Shown here piece after piece: positions 37,029-52,000 of a stretch of 64,000 nt of DNA (positions within the stretch are counted from its first letter, which is position 1; every line of letters starts with the position of its first letter). Source of the stretch: Styela clava (Eukaryota); the NCBI RefSeq assembly GCF_964204865.1, contig NC_135250.1, positions 5,580,001 to 5,644,000 of the forward strand, in the 5' to 3' direction. The notes below the pieces were generated by a model. It searched no databases and was not told the DNA's origin. It saw nothing but the letters and a program-made list of their open reading frames with translations. The translations under genes were made by a program, and so were the position numbers.

Positions 37029-40000
37029 TCACTTTCTTTTTCTTAACTTTTGCTCTCTCTTTCTCTCCTCTGCTCTCTGTTGTTCTTCTTCATCTTTCAC
37101 AGCCTGTTCCTTTGCAAATCTGAGGAAAACCTGAAAATGCGGGATCATACGTTTTTTAAGTAACTACAAATATGATTTCTGTATCTTATTCAGAAGAAGT
37201 CTCTAGACAAGCAATGGTACTACCGTAATGTGTGTACCAGGTTAGGCCATAATTTTTTTCCAATTTTCCTTATTTTAGTTCTTTTACGAGTTCGGGGACT
37301 GTCTGTGTTAGCCAAGTGAATACTTACCCAGCCCATAGGTTCCAGTCCATTTACACAACTTGATGTAAAGTAGGCGAACAAAATTAGTTACCTCCATATT
37401 GGTACACACACTTCTGGAGCGCCCAAGCAATTACCAAGTATATGTTATATTTTAAAATGACAGAGATATTTTAAATTCTTTTTTTTTTACATCCTAGGCA
37501 AATTAGTTAAAACTAGAGGCCTTTACCCGTATCGACAAACATTTCAGAATAATGTTCAAACCATTATACTATCCAAACCGTTGCATGTGAAACAATTAAA
37601 TGATGGCTATTCTTCTACCAATCTAGATAGGTGAACAGAACGAGGGCCATGATTTATCCTAGTAATTAACCGTCATTATAGAATTATAATAAAAATTACA
37701 AAGACGATTGTAAGTGAGTGAAATGTTTAAATGTTGGCTATTCCTGTACCCAACCTATATATGTGAACCCTAGTACCCTAGCCCCATTACAAAAATATAA
37801 CAAAAAAATCCTAAAGACGCTTGTATGTCAAATGGTGGCTATTCCTGTACCAAATTATATATGTGAACAGGACAACAGGTCATGATTTGCCCTAGTAATA
37901 AGCTCCCATTACAAATATATAACAAAAAAATCTTAAAAGACGCTTGTATGTCAAATGGTGGCTATTCCTGTACCCAACCTATATATGTGAACGGGGCAAC
38001 AGGTCGTGATTTGCCCTAGTAATTAGCCCTCATTTCAAGATTATAACAGGAAGATTACAGAAACGCTTGTAAAAAAATATGGACATGATATCTCACCTGT
38101 TCTAGAGTCGACTGACTGAAGCTATATTCTTCAATTCCGAGTCTTGTTTTAGCTTCTTCCATCGATGAAAACACATTTGCAAGCGAAATTACGTCGTCAC
38201 GCTTGATTTTGTACGTTAAGCGATTCCCAAACTTTTCTGGTTCTTCCACTGAAGGGAAAAGCTAAAAAGAAAAATAGTCTCGTAAACCAAAAAAAGTTTT
38301 TGAAAAAACAAGCTCATTTCTTGTCTATCCACAGATATTAATGTAACCTGAATTGATTTTTATCCTGTCCCATTCGAGAAAGTTTATAGCGACATTTGAG
38401 GTACATATTTACTCTCCGCCACCGATTTTGAAACACTTTTTTATGTCTGTCACTTCAAACAAAGCCCTGTACAAGCATCTATGGATAAGTGAGAAGCTAA
38501 TATTTTTGTGAGCACCAGAATCAGTTAGCATCGCCTATCCTACTCAATTTATTACACATTGAGGAGGCGAGCATGACTTCAATCTGCGATGTTATTTTGT
38601 CATAGATTTATTATCAAAATTTCCTTTCAAAAACAAACTTCCATTCATAATTTACCACTACTGAACTATATCATCACTATCGCAATCTTTTCTGATTGGC
38701 TTTGACAACTTAAGTGAGCTAGGTGGTCAAAGTGTATAACTGAACTGAGATATGGCTAATACTATTTAAAGACTTGCAACCACCAATATCGAACTCTTCC
38801 CTGTTCGGCTTTAACAACTCAAGTACACTCGAGTTGTTACATCAGCGTTTCCCAATCGTGGTAGAATGAGGTTTTTATGCATAGTGAGAGAGGAATAAAG
38901 AAATCCAAATTACGCAAAAGGATTTTTTATTGAAAAATTGTTACGAATCGCTGTGTTACATCACTAGTTCTGAGCTGGAAACGCAATCTCTAGGTCCGCA
39001 CATACAAACTTATACAAGTTTTGGTACTCCCCTACTGAGTGTACCAGGTTATGGTTAAGCCATAATTTCATTCCGATTTTCTTCATTTTAGTTTATGAGT
39101 TCTGAGACTGTCAGTGTTAGCCAAATGAATATACCATGTGTTAACCTAGTGGATATACCCCTGCCCAGAGATTTCAGTCCCTTTATACAACTTGATGTAA
39201 AGTAGGCGAACAAAATTAATTACCTCCATATTGGTACAAACACTTCTGAAGCGCCAAAATTTTATTCATTGGTAAACAAAATAATACAAATTAATGAATA
39301 TTTACCCCTCTGACAAATATATCCAAATCATCAGACTCTGGTGGTATGTGTTCTCCTCCCTCCCCATCTTCTTCACCTTCTTGTAATTGATGATCGAGTT
39401 TAATTTCTAAGATATATCCTTGGCCAAATTTATCTTTTAAATGCTGCGTTGATCCAATACATCTGAAAACACATAAGCATTAGTATCCGTGGTGGTTGGA
39501 TTAGACTGAAAATAACAACAATATTTATTTCGTATTTTCCGCTGCGTACAAGGTTGCGCGACATTTTGTACAATTCAGAGTCTATCAAAAATCTGACATG
39601 AGCATGACATTATTTTCGACTCCAAATTGAGAACTTTAGATTTCAAATAATTTCCTACCTCAATTGGCCAAGTACCATGATACCAACTCGAGAACATAGT
39701 GCGTCAGCTTCCTCCATATAATGTGTTGTTAAAATTGCACCTCGGTTTGTGCCTTCGAATGCACTGCTGATTGTATTCCTGAATCACATAAATATAGTAT
39801 AAGTTCAATACATTAGCATTGGTAATTATCGAAATTTTCATCAATTAGCTATAGAAATTCATATCAAATATGGGAAGATTATAAGATTTGAAAAAAAATT
39901 GGGTTATAAAATTGGGGATTTTTTTTGTTGGCAGCAATCAAGAATGTTTCATCTCTGATTCTATCAGTAGTCTGCTGCAACTCTTCTTCGATTTTAGGCT

Positions 40001-43000
40001 AAGGCTTGTCGGTTATGAAATGAGCGATCATATTTACAAATTCTCACATTGCTTTATCACACAATTGCATAGAAATGGCTTCTGATTCCAAATTTAAATG
40101 ATACTTTGCAGAAAAATAGGTAATTATTTCGGCAAAAAAGTACAAAAAAGTCAGTCTAATTGTGAAATAAAATTTTCAAAATTTCACAAAATATTTAGAT
40201 ATAATGAAACAGTCTTGAAAGTAATTTATTTTTGAACACCTATTTTACATAAAATGCACAACATAAGTCTAATTATGAAATAAACTGACAGATATTTCAG
40301 AATAATATCAAATTATTAACCCTCGGGACAAAATTCGAACATCTCACCATAAAAATCTCTTAGTTTTCGGATCCATGCCGGTAGATGGTTCGTCCAGCAA
40401 AACAACTTGTGGATTTCCGAGCATTGATATCGCAAAACACAGTTTTCGTTGAGTGCCACCAGACAGTGCTTTAACTCTTTTATCCTCATGTTCGACAATG
40501 TCTAATGCTTCCATAAAACTAAAAATGAAAAAGATTTTTAAATACAAAATGAAAGAAACGCTCGAATACTGTCATGAATAATCATATTTGACACAATAAA
40601 GTTAGGCAACAAAATGGCAATGTTGCAATTGGACAAGCGAATGAAGGTATTCAACTGCAAATAATATTTTAACATTCAATACGATTCAAGAGAGTTACTG
40701 CTGCGCAAACACACCCGCAGCAAGACCCTTGAATTATGAAGAATAGTCATCTTTATTCCAGCTTCAGCATCCTTGCATCATACACATTCACTAGCGCAGA
40801 GGCATATAAGAAAAATAGGTAGTTAGTCTTGTGAAACCACAACTAATACTTAATATTTTTCATATCCTGTATGCATGAAGATATAATTCATCCAATTTTT
40901 CTCTACACATGGCTTAATTAAGGAAGTAAATGAAGCTCACAGATTCATATTCAGTTTTGAATATATATTATGTACCTTTAGATAGCGCAAATAATTCAAA
41001 ATTTTCATTCGCACGCAACCAACTTTATAATATACTACAATTTTATAAATTAAAGCGTACTGTTGTTGGAAAACAAAATCGAAATTATGAATTAATCATT
41101 TTTAGTCTCAAGTCTCTATATTACTCTATTTTTTTATCATAAAAGGACTAAGCATGATGAGGCTATATTCAACTATAACCACAAAGATTATATTCTTTAG
41201 AACGATCAGAAAAACTCTTACTTCTTAACGGTTGCTGGAATCTTATCTTTCGGGACACCACGAACAGTAGCATAGATTTCAAGATGCTCTCTCAGAGTAA
41301 GTGGTTTCCACAACGGATTACTCTAAAATACAAAGAAATATTTGTATGAGAAAGCAATTTAGAAACTAGAAATCACAATCCATTTTGTTTAACATAAAAT
41401 CGTCATCAGACAATTCATGTTATGACACAGTTATTATATTTGGGAAATCTGGATGAACAATGGACAGGAATCCCAAAGTGTTTTGTAACAAGCAGCCTTT
41501 CAAGAAACATATTTTTAAGACTTCATGTTTATCTACTAAAAATTTGAAAGAAACTGGATCTGAACTGTAGGGCAAACATCAAACAACAACATCAAAACAA
41601 AACTTCAGATACTTTGGTGAATAGCAAAATGTCTAAAAATACACCTATTTCTGTTTTTAATTTATAAATTTCAACATTCACTTTTTTTTCTTGAAACTCC
41701 TAAATTCAGCAAAATGAACAATGTGTTATACAAAAATTAACATTTGAACATGATTTGATTCTAAAATAATGAAAAATAGGTCGAAGAACTATCAACGTAC
41801 TTGTGGGCAATATCCCATTGTCTTGAAAGCTTCTGAGAAAGTAGAAGTAACAGAATGTCCCCCAACAGATACCTATGAAGAACAAAATTATTGGTATGAA
41901 TTATTAGCCTTGGTTTATTACATATGATCTTATTGTCAGATGAAATTTGAAATAAAAAACATAACAAAGGATACTGTCTGCATAATAGTTATGAAAGGCT
42001 GGAAGACAACTTGAATACCTAAAGCAGATTATGGCACACAAGATAGAATTTAAAATTCACATATGACGAGACAAAATGGCGTAATTACAGTGCAAACCAA
42101 TTATGATATGTGAACCCTCACAGCAATGAAAAATCCAGCATTTGTTCAATAAGGAGAAAAGTACTTCCTGCATAGACTATTAAAATAAAGTTTCAATATT
42201 TATCTCCTAACAAGTCTCAGTATAAGAAATCAAACAAAGTTTTAATAAAGCATTCTAACCAAAAAACCAAAATTGAATTGTGTTAAATATCAGAAATTTT
42301 AATCCAAACATACTCTTCCTGCAGTAGCTCCGACGTCCGCAATCAAAACGTTTAGGGCAGTTGTTTTTCCAGCACCATTTGGTCCAAGTAATCCAACAAC
42401 TTCACCAGGATAAACAGTCATTGATAAATTGCGAACTGCAACCTAGTTGATAACAATGATCATATCAAAAAAAGCTTAAATTGAATTGTCATATATTATA
42501 TAAATATCTCATAAAGTCTTCTAATTTTTTTCAGTAATAAGACCAATAATCTTTTTCCATTCAAAAATTAATACTTTTTTATAGTCAAGTCAGAAGGAGA
42601 CAATGTCAGTGTCAATGGAAGAAACACTTAACTTGAATGCATAATTTTTTCCAGCCTCAATTGGAAATGTCGGAAATTTCTGAAAACTCACAATTGCAAG
42701 AAGTTGAAGGAATTTGGAATTTGATAGAAATGATACTGATGCAATTAGATGTAAAAGATTTTCTTGTGGATGAGATGACACCTGGCACAGGTCACAGAGA
42801 GCTACCATTAAGTCTAAAAATCTTGTTTAACTTCAAAAATTGATTTGTTACAATCAATCAAAAACGCGATCAGGGATTTGGAAAAGTCAGCGAAACAGTA
42901 ACAAGTCAAACAAATTGTTTTTATTAAAATGTCAAATCATGCAATTATTACCTTGACTGTTTCGTCATCTTCTCCATCAGAAGGTTTTCTACAACTTTGA

Positions 43001-46000
43001 AAACTTTTCTCTGTTCGTTTTGTAAACTCTTTGCGCAAACCTTCCATCAATACAACCGGCCCCTAAAAAATATTTCCAAATAGTAAATATAGAAACAAAA
43101 AGGATTTTTCTATGTAAAAGCGATCAGTAAAAATAAGCCCTACTAAGTTAACATAAAGGTCCTGGGCTGCGCTGGTCAAAGAATTATACCAATTGAGTTA
43201 CTGAACAATCTGCAAAAGCTAAAGAGAACTATAAAGAATCTTACTACCAAATCTTGCGGAAAAAAAATTTCCACAACCAAAACGACAACAATAATTTCAC
43301 AAAATACTCCATGTGTTCCCTTTGTGTCCAGTTATACTAAATAAAAATCTTATTTTAAGTATAGAATTAATACATACATCATCAGAATGTTGGTTCCTGG
43401 AAATCTCTTCAACTTTGTTTCTTTCTTTTGTAACGTCATCATCTTCTGCGTCATCCACATCATTGTTACCAACGTTCACCCATTCTGATGATCCCACTTG
43501 ACTCCTGAAACAGTGAAAGATTTAACATATACGTAATACTTATTGTTAAGCGTACAGAGCCTTGTTCGGAGCGGCGAGCGTAAATGGGAAACGAGTTCAA
43601 GAAAGTTGATTCAACACTCTATAATACTTGTTGTGAGATATCAGTGGTAGCTCGTACAGGGCCTTGTTCGGATCAAAGAGCGTGAATTCAATAAATTCAA
43701 GGATGAAACCAGGACAGGAAATCTTTAATCTTTGACATGTTATGAGATACAGGATTCAAAACATTAATGTACCTTCCACAACCAGGCAATTCTCCGCCAC
43801 TCTTCTTTATATCGGCAATTACTAGAATTCCAGAGAGTAGGACAATATGAACATAAGCCATTAGAATAGAAAACGGCAACATAGGCTCACTCCAGTCAAA
43901 GTACGCTGATGCTGGAATGTCTGTTCCTTTTCCCTGGAGAAGGTATCGAAGGTAGACCTGCAAAATTTTAGAAATTTTTTTATAAGCGTTCAAACAAAGC
44001 GATATCGATGAACAAAGCTCCAAACAAGCAAGCATTTTGGATCAGAGATGAGTAACACAACAGGTGGCCTGCAACCCCAACCTGGCTCACCAAGCCATTC
44101 AGTGTAGCCCTCCGTCAACACTGATTTTCCCTATTATTAAGCATAAAATCCTAATCCGACAGTTTATCTTTTACTTCTGTCAAAGCTGATTTTATCAAAC
44201 AATGAACTTGAAATTTTAAGTGTCTCACTAAAAATGTCAAATAAATAAGATTTATTTATTTATTTTATTTTTCAAAATAAACTTACTACGAAGCAGTAAT
44301 AAATTCCAGCAAATCCCACATAGTACGGACTTAATATACAAAACACAACGTTGCAGGCATTGGCAGCTTCTCTATTGTTAGTTTGATCCAAAGTCGACAC
44401 AATAATGTATGGTATGATGGCAGCCTGGTGATAATAGAAATTTTTAAAATATTTGCATATTAAATATGTAGAAAAAGTTGTCTGTCTTTTAATTAGGTTT
44501 GACTGGAAATACTTTAATCCAACTTCCCACAACACGAAATTTTTAACAACTTTTTAAGCAGTTTGTAACAAAGAAATAGTCCCCTAATATTTCAGCTGTT
44601 TTTGGAAGTACGCTTCCAGACAAGATAGCGAAGATTAATACTTAATTCCTAAAAAACTGTTATCCCTCAAAGTTACATCACACTATCTATGACATAAATA
44701 AAAACGATACGCCATGGTAAATGAAGCCACAATGAGTCAGTTGAGTGAATCCCGAAGAGTAAAAATATGGGGAAAATCTTCCATCATCAATGGCAAGAAA
44801 ATGGACATTTTTCATGTGACTTCCCTACTTTTACCATAAAAATTTACCAGTTGCACTAATCCTGGCCAAGAAGCAGATACGGTTTCATATCTATCAAACA
44901 GGAAACTTCCACAATACGATGCTAGAAGACAAGCAACTCCCCAACCAAGTAGTAGTAGTATCTAAAAATGAAGTATAGCACAAAATATTATACAATATAT
45001 TGTTTACAACTTTTACTAATTTAGAACAACCGTATCTCGTATTGGCATTTTAAAAATGTGAGTTCCATACATATTAGTGACTGCGCGTACATGTGCTCAT
45101 TAAGGAGTGAAAATCATGTGAAAATGTCATAAAAAAATGTGAAAATTTAAAATTTTTAAATTATCTATTGGCAAAATCATAAAGTAGATGAAAATTTCTA
45201 AAATGAATGTCAACAAAGTTTTTTATCCATTTATTTTTGTAATAGGTATATGTATTTCTTACCAAAGCTGCGATAGCTCCTCCATTATTCAGTCCAGTAA
45301 CTTGAAATCCGACAATGCAAATAATGAATATCAAAGACATCACAAAATAAATGATGTAATCACTTAACAAAAAAGCAAACCAATAATTGATAAATTTTAC
45401 TCCAGAAACTCGAAGTTGAGCTCGAATCTTTTCCTGAATATAAGAAAAAAGGAACCCACGGTTATCCAGCGCAATATTGAACAGAAATACTCCTAGCATA
45501 GACTTTGATATTAATAGACGGCAATTTCTAATGCGATTTCTATTTAAAAAATTCTGTTTTGATTGATTGTTTTACAAACCTCTCGTTCTTTGACAGGATT
45601 ACTAGCTGCGAATGATGTCGATAATACAATTGCTATGGCAACCATCATAGCTGCACCAAATATGGAACCATTGAAAGTACCTTGCTGAGTACCTGGAATA
45701 AATAACACATCATCATGACAAGGGTTGAAAGTCAGAATTTCGAGTTTAGAATGTTTTTATTGACATTGTGGTTTTGTAATCAAAATTGTGTTTTCCCAGA
45801 GTCAGGGATTGAAATTTTAAATTCTCTAAAATCAAATTTGCATTGTGCGGTGTGGCGCATCATGCTAAGCATTAGGAATACGCTCGCTACTGCACCTCTG
45901 ATTTCCCTGCGTGCAGGGATGGTTATGTGCGAGAGGATTGCTGGACTCCTCGCTGCTGTAAGGTGGTTCACGTAACTGTTGGTCGGTTACAGCTTCCTCT

Positions 46001-49000
46001 ACCAGAAAGTCTATGCTTCTGAAACAAATAACTGGATAACTAATCCCATACCCGACTTGGACTGGTGACTGGACGAGAGATCATGGTTCGCCATATGATT
46101 AAGCCGTCTTAACAGCTTACAAATTTGATACAAATTTGATAGTTTTTTGAAAACAAAATGAGTTGCAGACAGTTCTTAAAAACCGAATAGAATACAGCAA
46201 CTTTAAAGAATAAAAACTAAAACTTACCAACTTGGGGCCACTGTTTACTGTATGTAATGATGTTTGTAGGATTTCCACCATTTAGGAAAGATGTTAATGT
46301 GTTGGAGAATACATTGATAGCTGATGGTAAAGATCTTGTAAATGAAGTATTGTACAAAACAAGGTAAGCAGCCTGAAAAATGAATATAAACAATTTGAGA
46401 AGGAGTTTTGAAGCCTTTACTAAAACCAGCTTGTAGTATTGACACTCACGGCTTTATCGGCGCTCCAGAAGTGTGTGTACTAATATTTTACATCAAGTTG
46501 TGAAGAGGGACGAAAGCTTATAGGCAGGGGGTATATTTACTCAGCTAACACAGACAGTTCCCGAACTCGTAATAGAAATGAAATAAGGGTAATCATAATA
46601 AAATTATGGCCTAACCCTAGCCTGGTACACACATTACAGGATTCCTTTTTTTTTTAGCTAATTTTTTCATTTTGCCTGAACATAAGCCTTGATAATATAA
46701 ATTTTTCATAGATATGCTCGATAACTATCATTATTTACTGCATTCTTGTTCTTCATACAGAAGAGCAATGCCTGAATGTGCGAACATGAATCTGTAATGA
46801 TTACAGCAATGACAGCAAAATTTCAGTTAAATGTTTAAAGAATTGTGTTGAATGTCATATGAAGATTCGTCTGTGAAATTTTAGGCCGCATATGACTCTT
46901 CATGTAGAGAGTTCTTCCATCTTTGAATACTGAAAATTTTGTTTTAGTCTAATTAGTTTGACTGAGTTCGAATTTTTCCACAACACCACTAAGCAATTTT
47001 GCTAGTCGACCCATATGTGTACTTTCTGTACTTTCATATTATGTGTACCAGGTTGGGGTTAGGCATAATTTTATTCTGATTTTCCTTATTTTAGTTTTCT
47101 ATCACGAGTTCGGGGAATGTCTGTGTTAGCCAAGTAAATATACCCCCTACCCATAGGCTTCCGTCACTTTACACAACTTGATGTAAAGTAGGCGAACAAA
47201 ATTAGTTACCTCCATATTGGTACACACGCTTCTGGAACGCCCTACTTTCATGTCTATTAAATGCATTTATACTCAGGAATACAGCATAACCTTATAAGTT
47301 TTGTAATCATAGATTTGAAAGCCAACAATTACCTGACTCGCTGCAAATGCACTGACTTGCAACCCAACAGAATGAGGATAAAAACCATCAGTAAGTAACA
47401 CAGAGTCTGTCATTGTGCTTTCTTCAAACGATATTCCACTTTGTGCGTTGTTGACGAAGTTGTCCTTAGAAGTACCTGGAATATAGGATTCCACAGAGCA
47501 GTTGAAGGGGGGCCACAATGCTAGGCTCAAAATTGATTTCACTTTTTCTTTTACAAGAAACTCCCCATTATTTCTAGTTTGATCGCTTGAAAAGATTAGT
47601 TCACAGGGTGTTTTAACTTTGTTGAACATGAATTGTTTAAACATAATGGGATTTGGAATCTACCAATTTAAATAAAACTATGAATACCCCTGGAATGATA
47701 AACAAGAGGGGAGGGCACGAGTGCTAAGAGCCTTCGAAATGGGGCCACGAGCCTCAAAAGATTGGGAACCACTGGTCTAGCAGATGAAACGTTAGACTTT
47801 ATTGATTTGGCATCAAAGCGCACACATCTAAGGTTCAAATGCAGAGCCTCATCTTGCACATGGTGTAATAAAATGAGACATGCTGAATAGGAAAAAAAAA
47901 ATCTGGCTCTTCTAAAAACAGTAGCTTCCCACTTTATACAAAGCCTTGTTTGAGCGAAAGACATGATCCATTCATAAAAATATCTTACCAGTTAATCCAT
48001 TATAGAGAACACTTTTATCCTTGTAGGCTTCGAGATTATTTGCATAAGTAACGTCAATTAAATCTGGATCCCCAGAGTCACTCGCAGATGGTTGTTGAGT
48101 GAATAACCATGTACCGACAACTAGAGAAGAATTGAAGATTTGTTTAACAAAATTTCTATTTAAATGTTTAATTGAGGGCAGTTCGATTGGAGGATTTACA
48201 ACAAGAAGAAGTTCAAAGCAAATAGTGTATGTTGATTACTGGATTAAGCAAAAAAAGGGAAAAGTAGTTACGGTACTGAGCAGGAAAAAAGATCGAAATC
48301 ATAAAGGTTCTGCAATATAGAAAAAAGATTCGCGTTGACATAATCAGACATCAGACAAAAAAGTCCCTTGATTTTTAATAAATTGGGGTCATTTCAGAGT
48401 TCAATGGAAGAAAAACATGGCTGGTGATCCAATGTCATTCAGTGCCTTCTCTAATAAGTTAATGTTGAGAGACAACATTATAAATCATAATGGCACATAA
48501 AAAGGTGTGGCAAGGAAGTTCAGGAAAATTCTGTATCCAGTTACACAAAAAATCCTGAAACACAGATCAGATAAAAAAAATATAAGCTACATACTTTCAA
48601 GAACCATTGGAAGCAGAATAGCAAAGATGATATAACCAGGATTGCGCAGATTTATCAGAAGAGTTCTTCTCATCATTTGTAATATAATCGATCCAGACCT
48701 TGATTCTCCACTTCCCTGTAAGACAGGATAATATGATTATAGCGAGAAATAATTTTGGGGGAATTTTAGCATTCAATTTTTTTTCCTATTATACAGTGTT
48801 TTTTTCACACCCCCTGCTTCGAATGAAGCCCTGTACAAACGGCCACTGTTATGCAAGGAGTTACTATTTTTCAAATGACCGAAATCTTTCCAGGTTTGCC
48901 ATTATCTACCCGATTTATTACACCATGGGTGAGGTGGTGAGCATAGGAATTGGACCCACCTGAGATAGCTAACGTACCAGCTAGGCCAGGGGTAGCCTGC

Positions 49001-52000
49001 GGGCCAGATCCCCCCTACTAAAGTGTTTCATTCGGCCCACTTGTGCCTGCTGTATTTACGACTATAGCATTTATAGATATAAATTTCTATATATAAATTA
49101 ACGATGTAAGTCACGTCATAATGACCCCATAATAATGATTGTTACTTCGTACTACTAATGATTATATAAATTTTAGCCTTGGACTAGCTTTGTAAATAAA
49201 CTGTTTTTCATATTAGGTTTTGAGCCCCGGCTCAGTAATCAAGTCTATTATCTGTAACTGGCCCACGCCCACTCAGAAAAGTAATTAAATGACCCTAGAT
49301 ATACACGGTCAAACATCTCGGTTTCAAAACTCATGCCCACCACCTCGTCCATTGGAAATACTTCTCTCTACTGGCTGCTAAACAGCCTTGTTTAGAGTAA
49401 AAACACCCCATGAGAAATTTTCAAAACTATTGTCACCATCTCACCTCACTTTGTGAAGGATCAAATATCGGTGGAGAATTTGTAACATTGATAGCAACTG
49501 AATCCCGGTCTTCGTTTGTTTCTGGAACAGCCAATGGGTTTGAATATCCGACACTTGCATATTTTTCCTTAGTGCCTAGAATATTTTACATGTTACTATA
49601 GAAACTAATCAAGATGAAAATCGAATACAATGGTAGGTACTCCTGTAGTACGTGAACCAGAATGACGGACACCAGAGCGTGGTATCAGGATTAGGCCAAA
49701 ATTTCAGATACATTTACTACGAAATTACTTGACTAGTCCCGAACTCGTAATAGAACTAAAATAACAAAAATTGGAATAAAATTATGGCCTAACCCTAACC
49801 TGGTACACATAAACATATTATGTTCCGATGTCCGCCATCTTGGTTCACTTAATACAGGAGTACCCAATGGTATGTCTAGCGAAGGACTATATATGATTAT
49901 TAAATCTATTGAAATATGGATATTAATAGAATTGGAGTATGTCCAAAGAGAGAGAATTGGAACCTAAAATTGCAGCTCCAAATTTATATTGAAGGAATAT
50001 AAAAAAATTTTAAATCTTGGGAGTTTTGAAATGTATTGAAATTTTGTGTTCTTTTTCGAAAAAATGAGAATTTGATATTGCTTCCTTGTGTTAACGTGAA
50101 TAACGTCACAGTTGATAAATATGTAAATATTGGCTATTTGCAAATTAACGGAATCTCAATATCATGGTCAAAAGAATACGCTATAATAAAGGATTCAATT
50201 TCAAAACTTTTGATAAAAAATATAACTACTATTTTTGATTATTTTTTGATTATATAAAAATCAGAGTAAATGTAAATCAATTTATAATATATAGGGTGTC
50301 CATGAAATTTTAAATTTTTTTAAATTGCAAAAGGAATTTATCGATACCATACATTGTTTTGGAACTCACAGACGTATTAAATGAAGTAAATATACTTAAA
50401 CAATTACTGATTGAAAAACAACAAACCTGGTAAAGATATAATGAGAATTGACTTAAAAACAAAATTGAATTTGTAAAGGGCCTTCGAGGACATCCTACTT
50501 ATTGTGTAAAGAAATATTTAATAAAAAAAAATATAAGAACTACAGTGTTTTGAGGATGAACAATACAGGATGAAGTGCTAATATCTATACATTGGGGTTG
50601 GCAAAAACAGCAAGTCTCACCACAAGTTAATATTACCTGAAGTAGTTAAGTGTTTTAAGTTTTTAAATATCGAAGCAGAAATCAAAGCAAGATGCAGCAT
50701 TTTGTTGCATATTGTATTTATCCTTGCACAATATGCTTGCGATTTTGCTGTTATATCGACTAATTTAGTATGGCTTTTCCTTTTTTGAATGAAAAATCAA
50801 AATCTCATTTGTATGTATTTTAGGAATAGTGGTTGCGCTCTCCTGTAGTCAAGGAATAATGGCAACTGTTCTTATTAGTTAAAATAAAAAAGCATAAACA
50901 TAAAGAAAGTTAATTTATGGTTTCTCGATTTGCATGTTAGTCAAGGAATCATGCCTGTTTTGTGGTTTTAATCAACAAAGAAATGTTACCGGCAATTAAA
51001 AATTGCATTTTATGATTTTTTTCACACAAAATTCAAATTACTTTTGCAAATAATTCTGGCACAATCTTACCATTTTCATCTGACATGAGTGATTGAAATG
51101 CTTCTACATAACAGAACAATTATGCTAGACTTACTCTACGTGTATTTGATTTAGGACGAATGTGTGCTTTTCTAACAGTGATTTACAATTGGACTTTTTA
51201 AAATAAAGAGAACATCATGGTTTAAATATTCTAGTTTGTCCAAATGTCATAAAAAATCCACAAACTTTGAAATATTAATATAAATTTACAACATCCTCCA
51301 CCAAAAGAGTTCATAGTTCAAGTTTTCATTCATTAGTCACCGCCATTCGAGGTGATATCCATTAATTATTGGGATATAGAAATTACAATATCATTTCTAT
51401 TTTTAATAATGCCATAATTAGTAAAGTTCTAAATGATGTGAAAAATATCTTACCATTATCATACGTTCTGTATGTTTCTGAGTTAGAGATACAAAATAAA
51501 AATTACCACAAATACATTCAGCTATTTAATAAGTCAATATAAACCCTTGCTTGTATTTTTATGAGAGGATTCAGAGGTTCACTCTAAGTCTAAATAAAGG
51601 ACCTGACAAGCCATTTCAGAAAGTATAATAGTGAGATAAAAAAGCTAGAATATGTGATGTCCCTCTCAAATCATTGCACCTTAGATAATAAGGTGGTAGA
51701 TTCGGGATTGAACCGAAAATATCTCAGCATATCATAGGTTTTTGAATAAATAAAATTATATATAAATATTCCAATTTATTTATGCCAAAACAGAGGATCT
51801 GTAAGTTGTAGTCTTTATACAATGTTTGGCAATTTTTAAATAAATCAATGAGTTGTTATCCTAATGCGCTTTACTTGAGTGGCTGCAATGCAAGCAAAAT
51901 TCTGGGCGCTCCAGAAGTGTGTGTACCAATTTGGAGGTAACTAATTTTGTTCGTCTACCATACATCAAGTAGTGTAAAAGAACTCAAACATATGGGCAGG

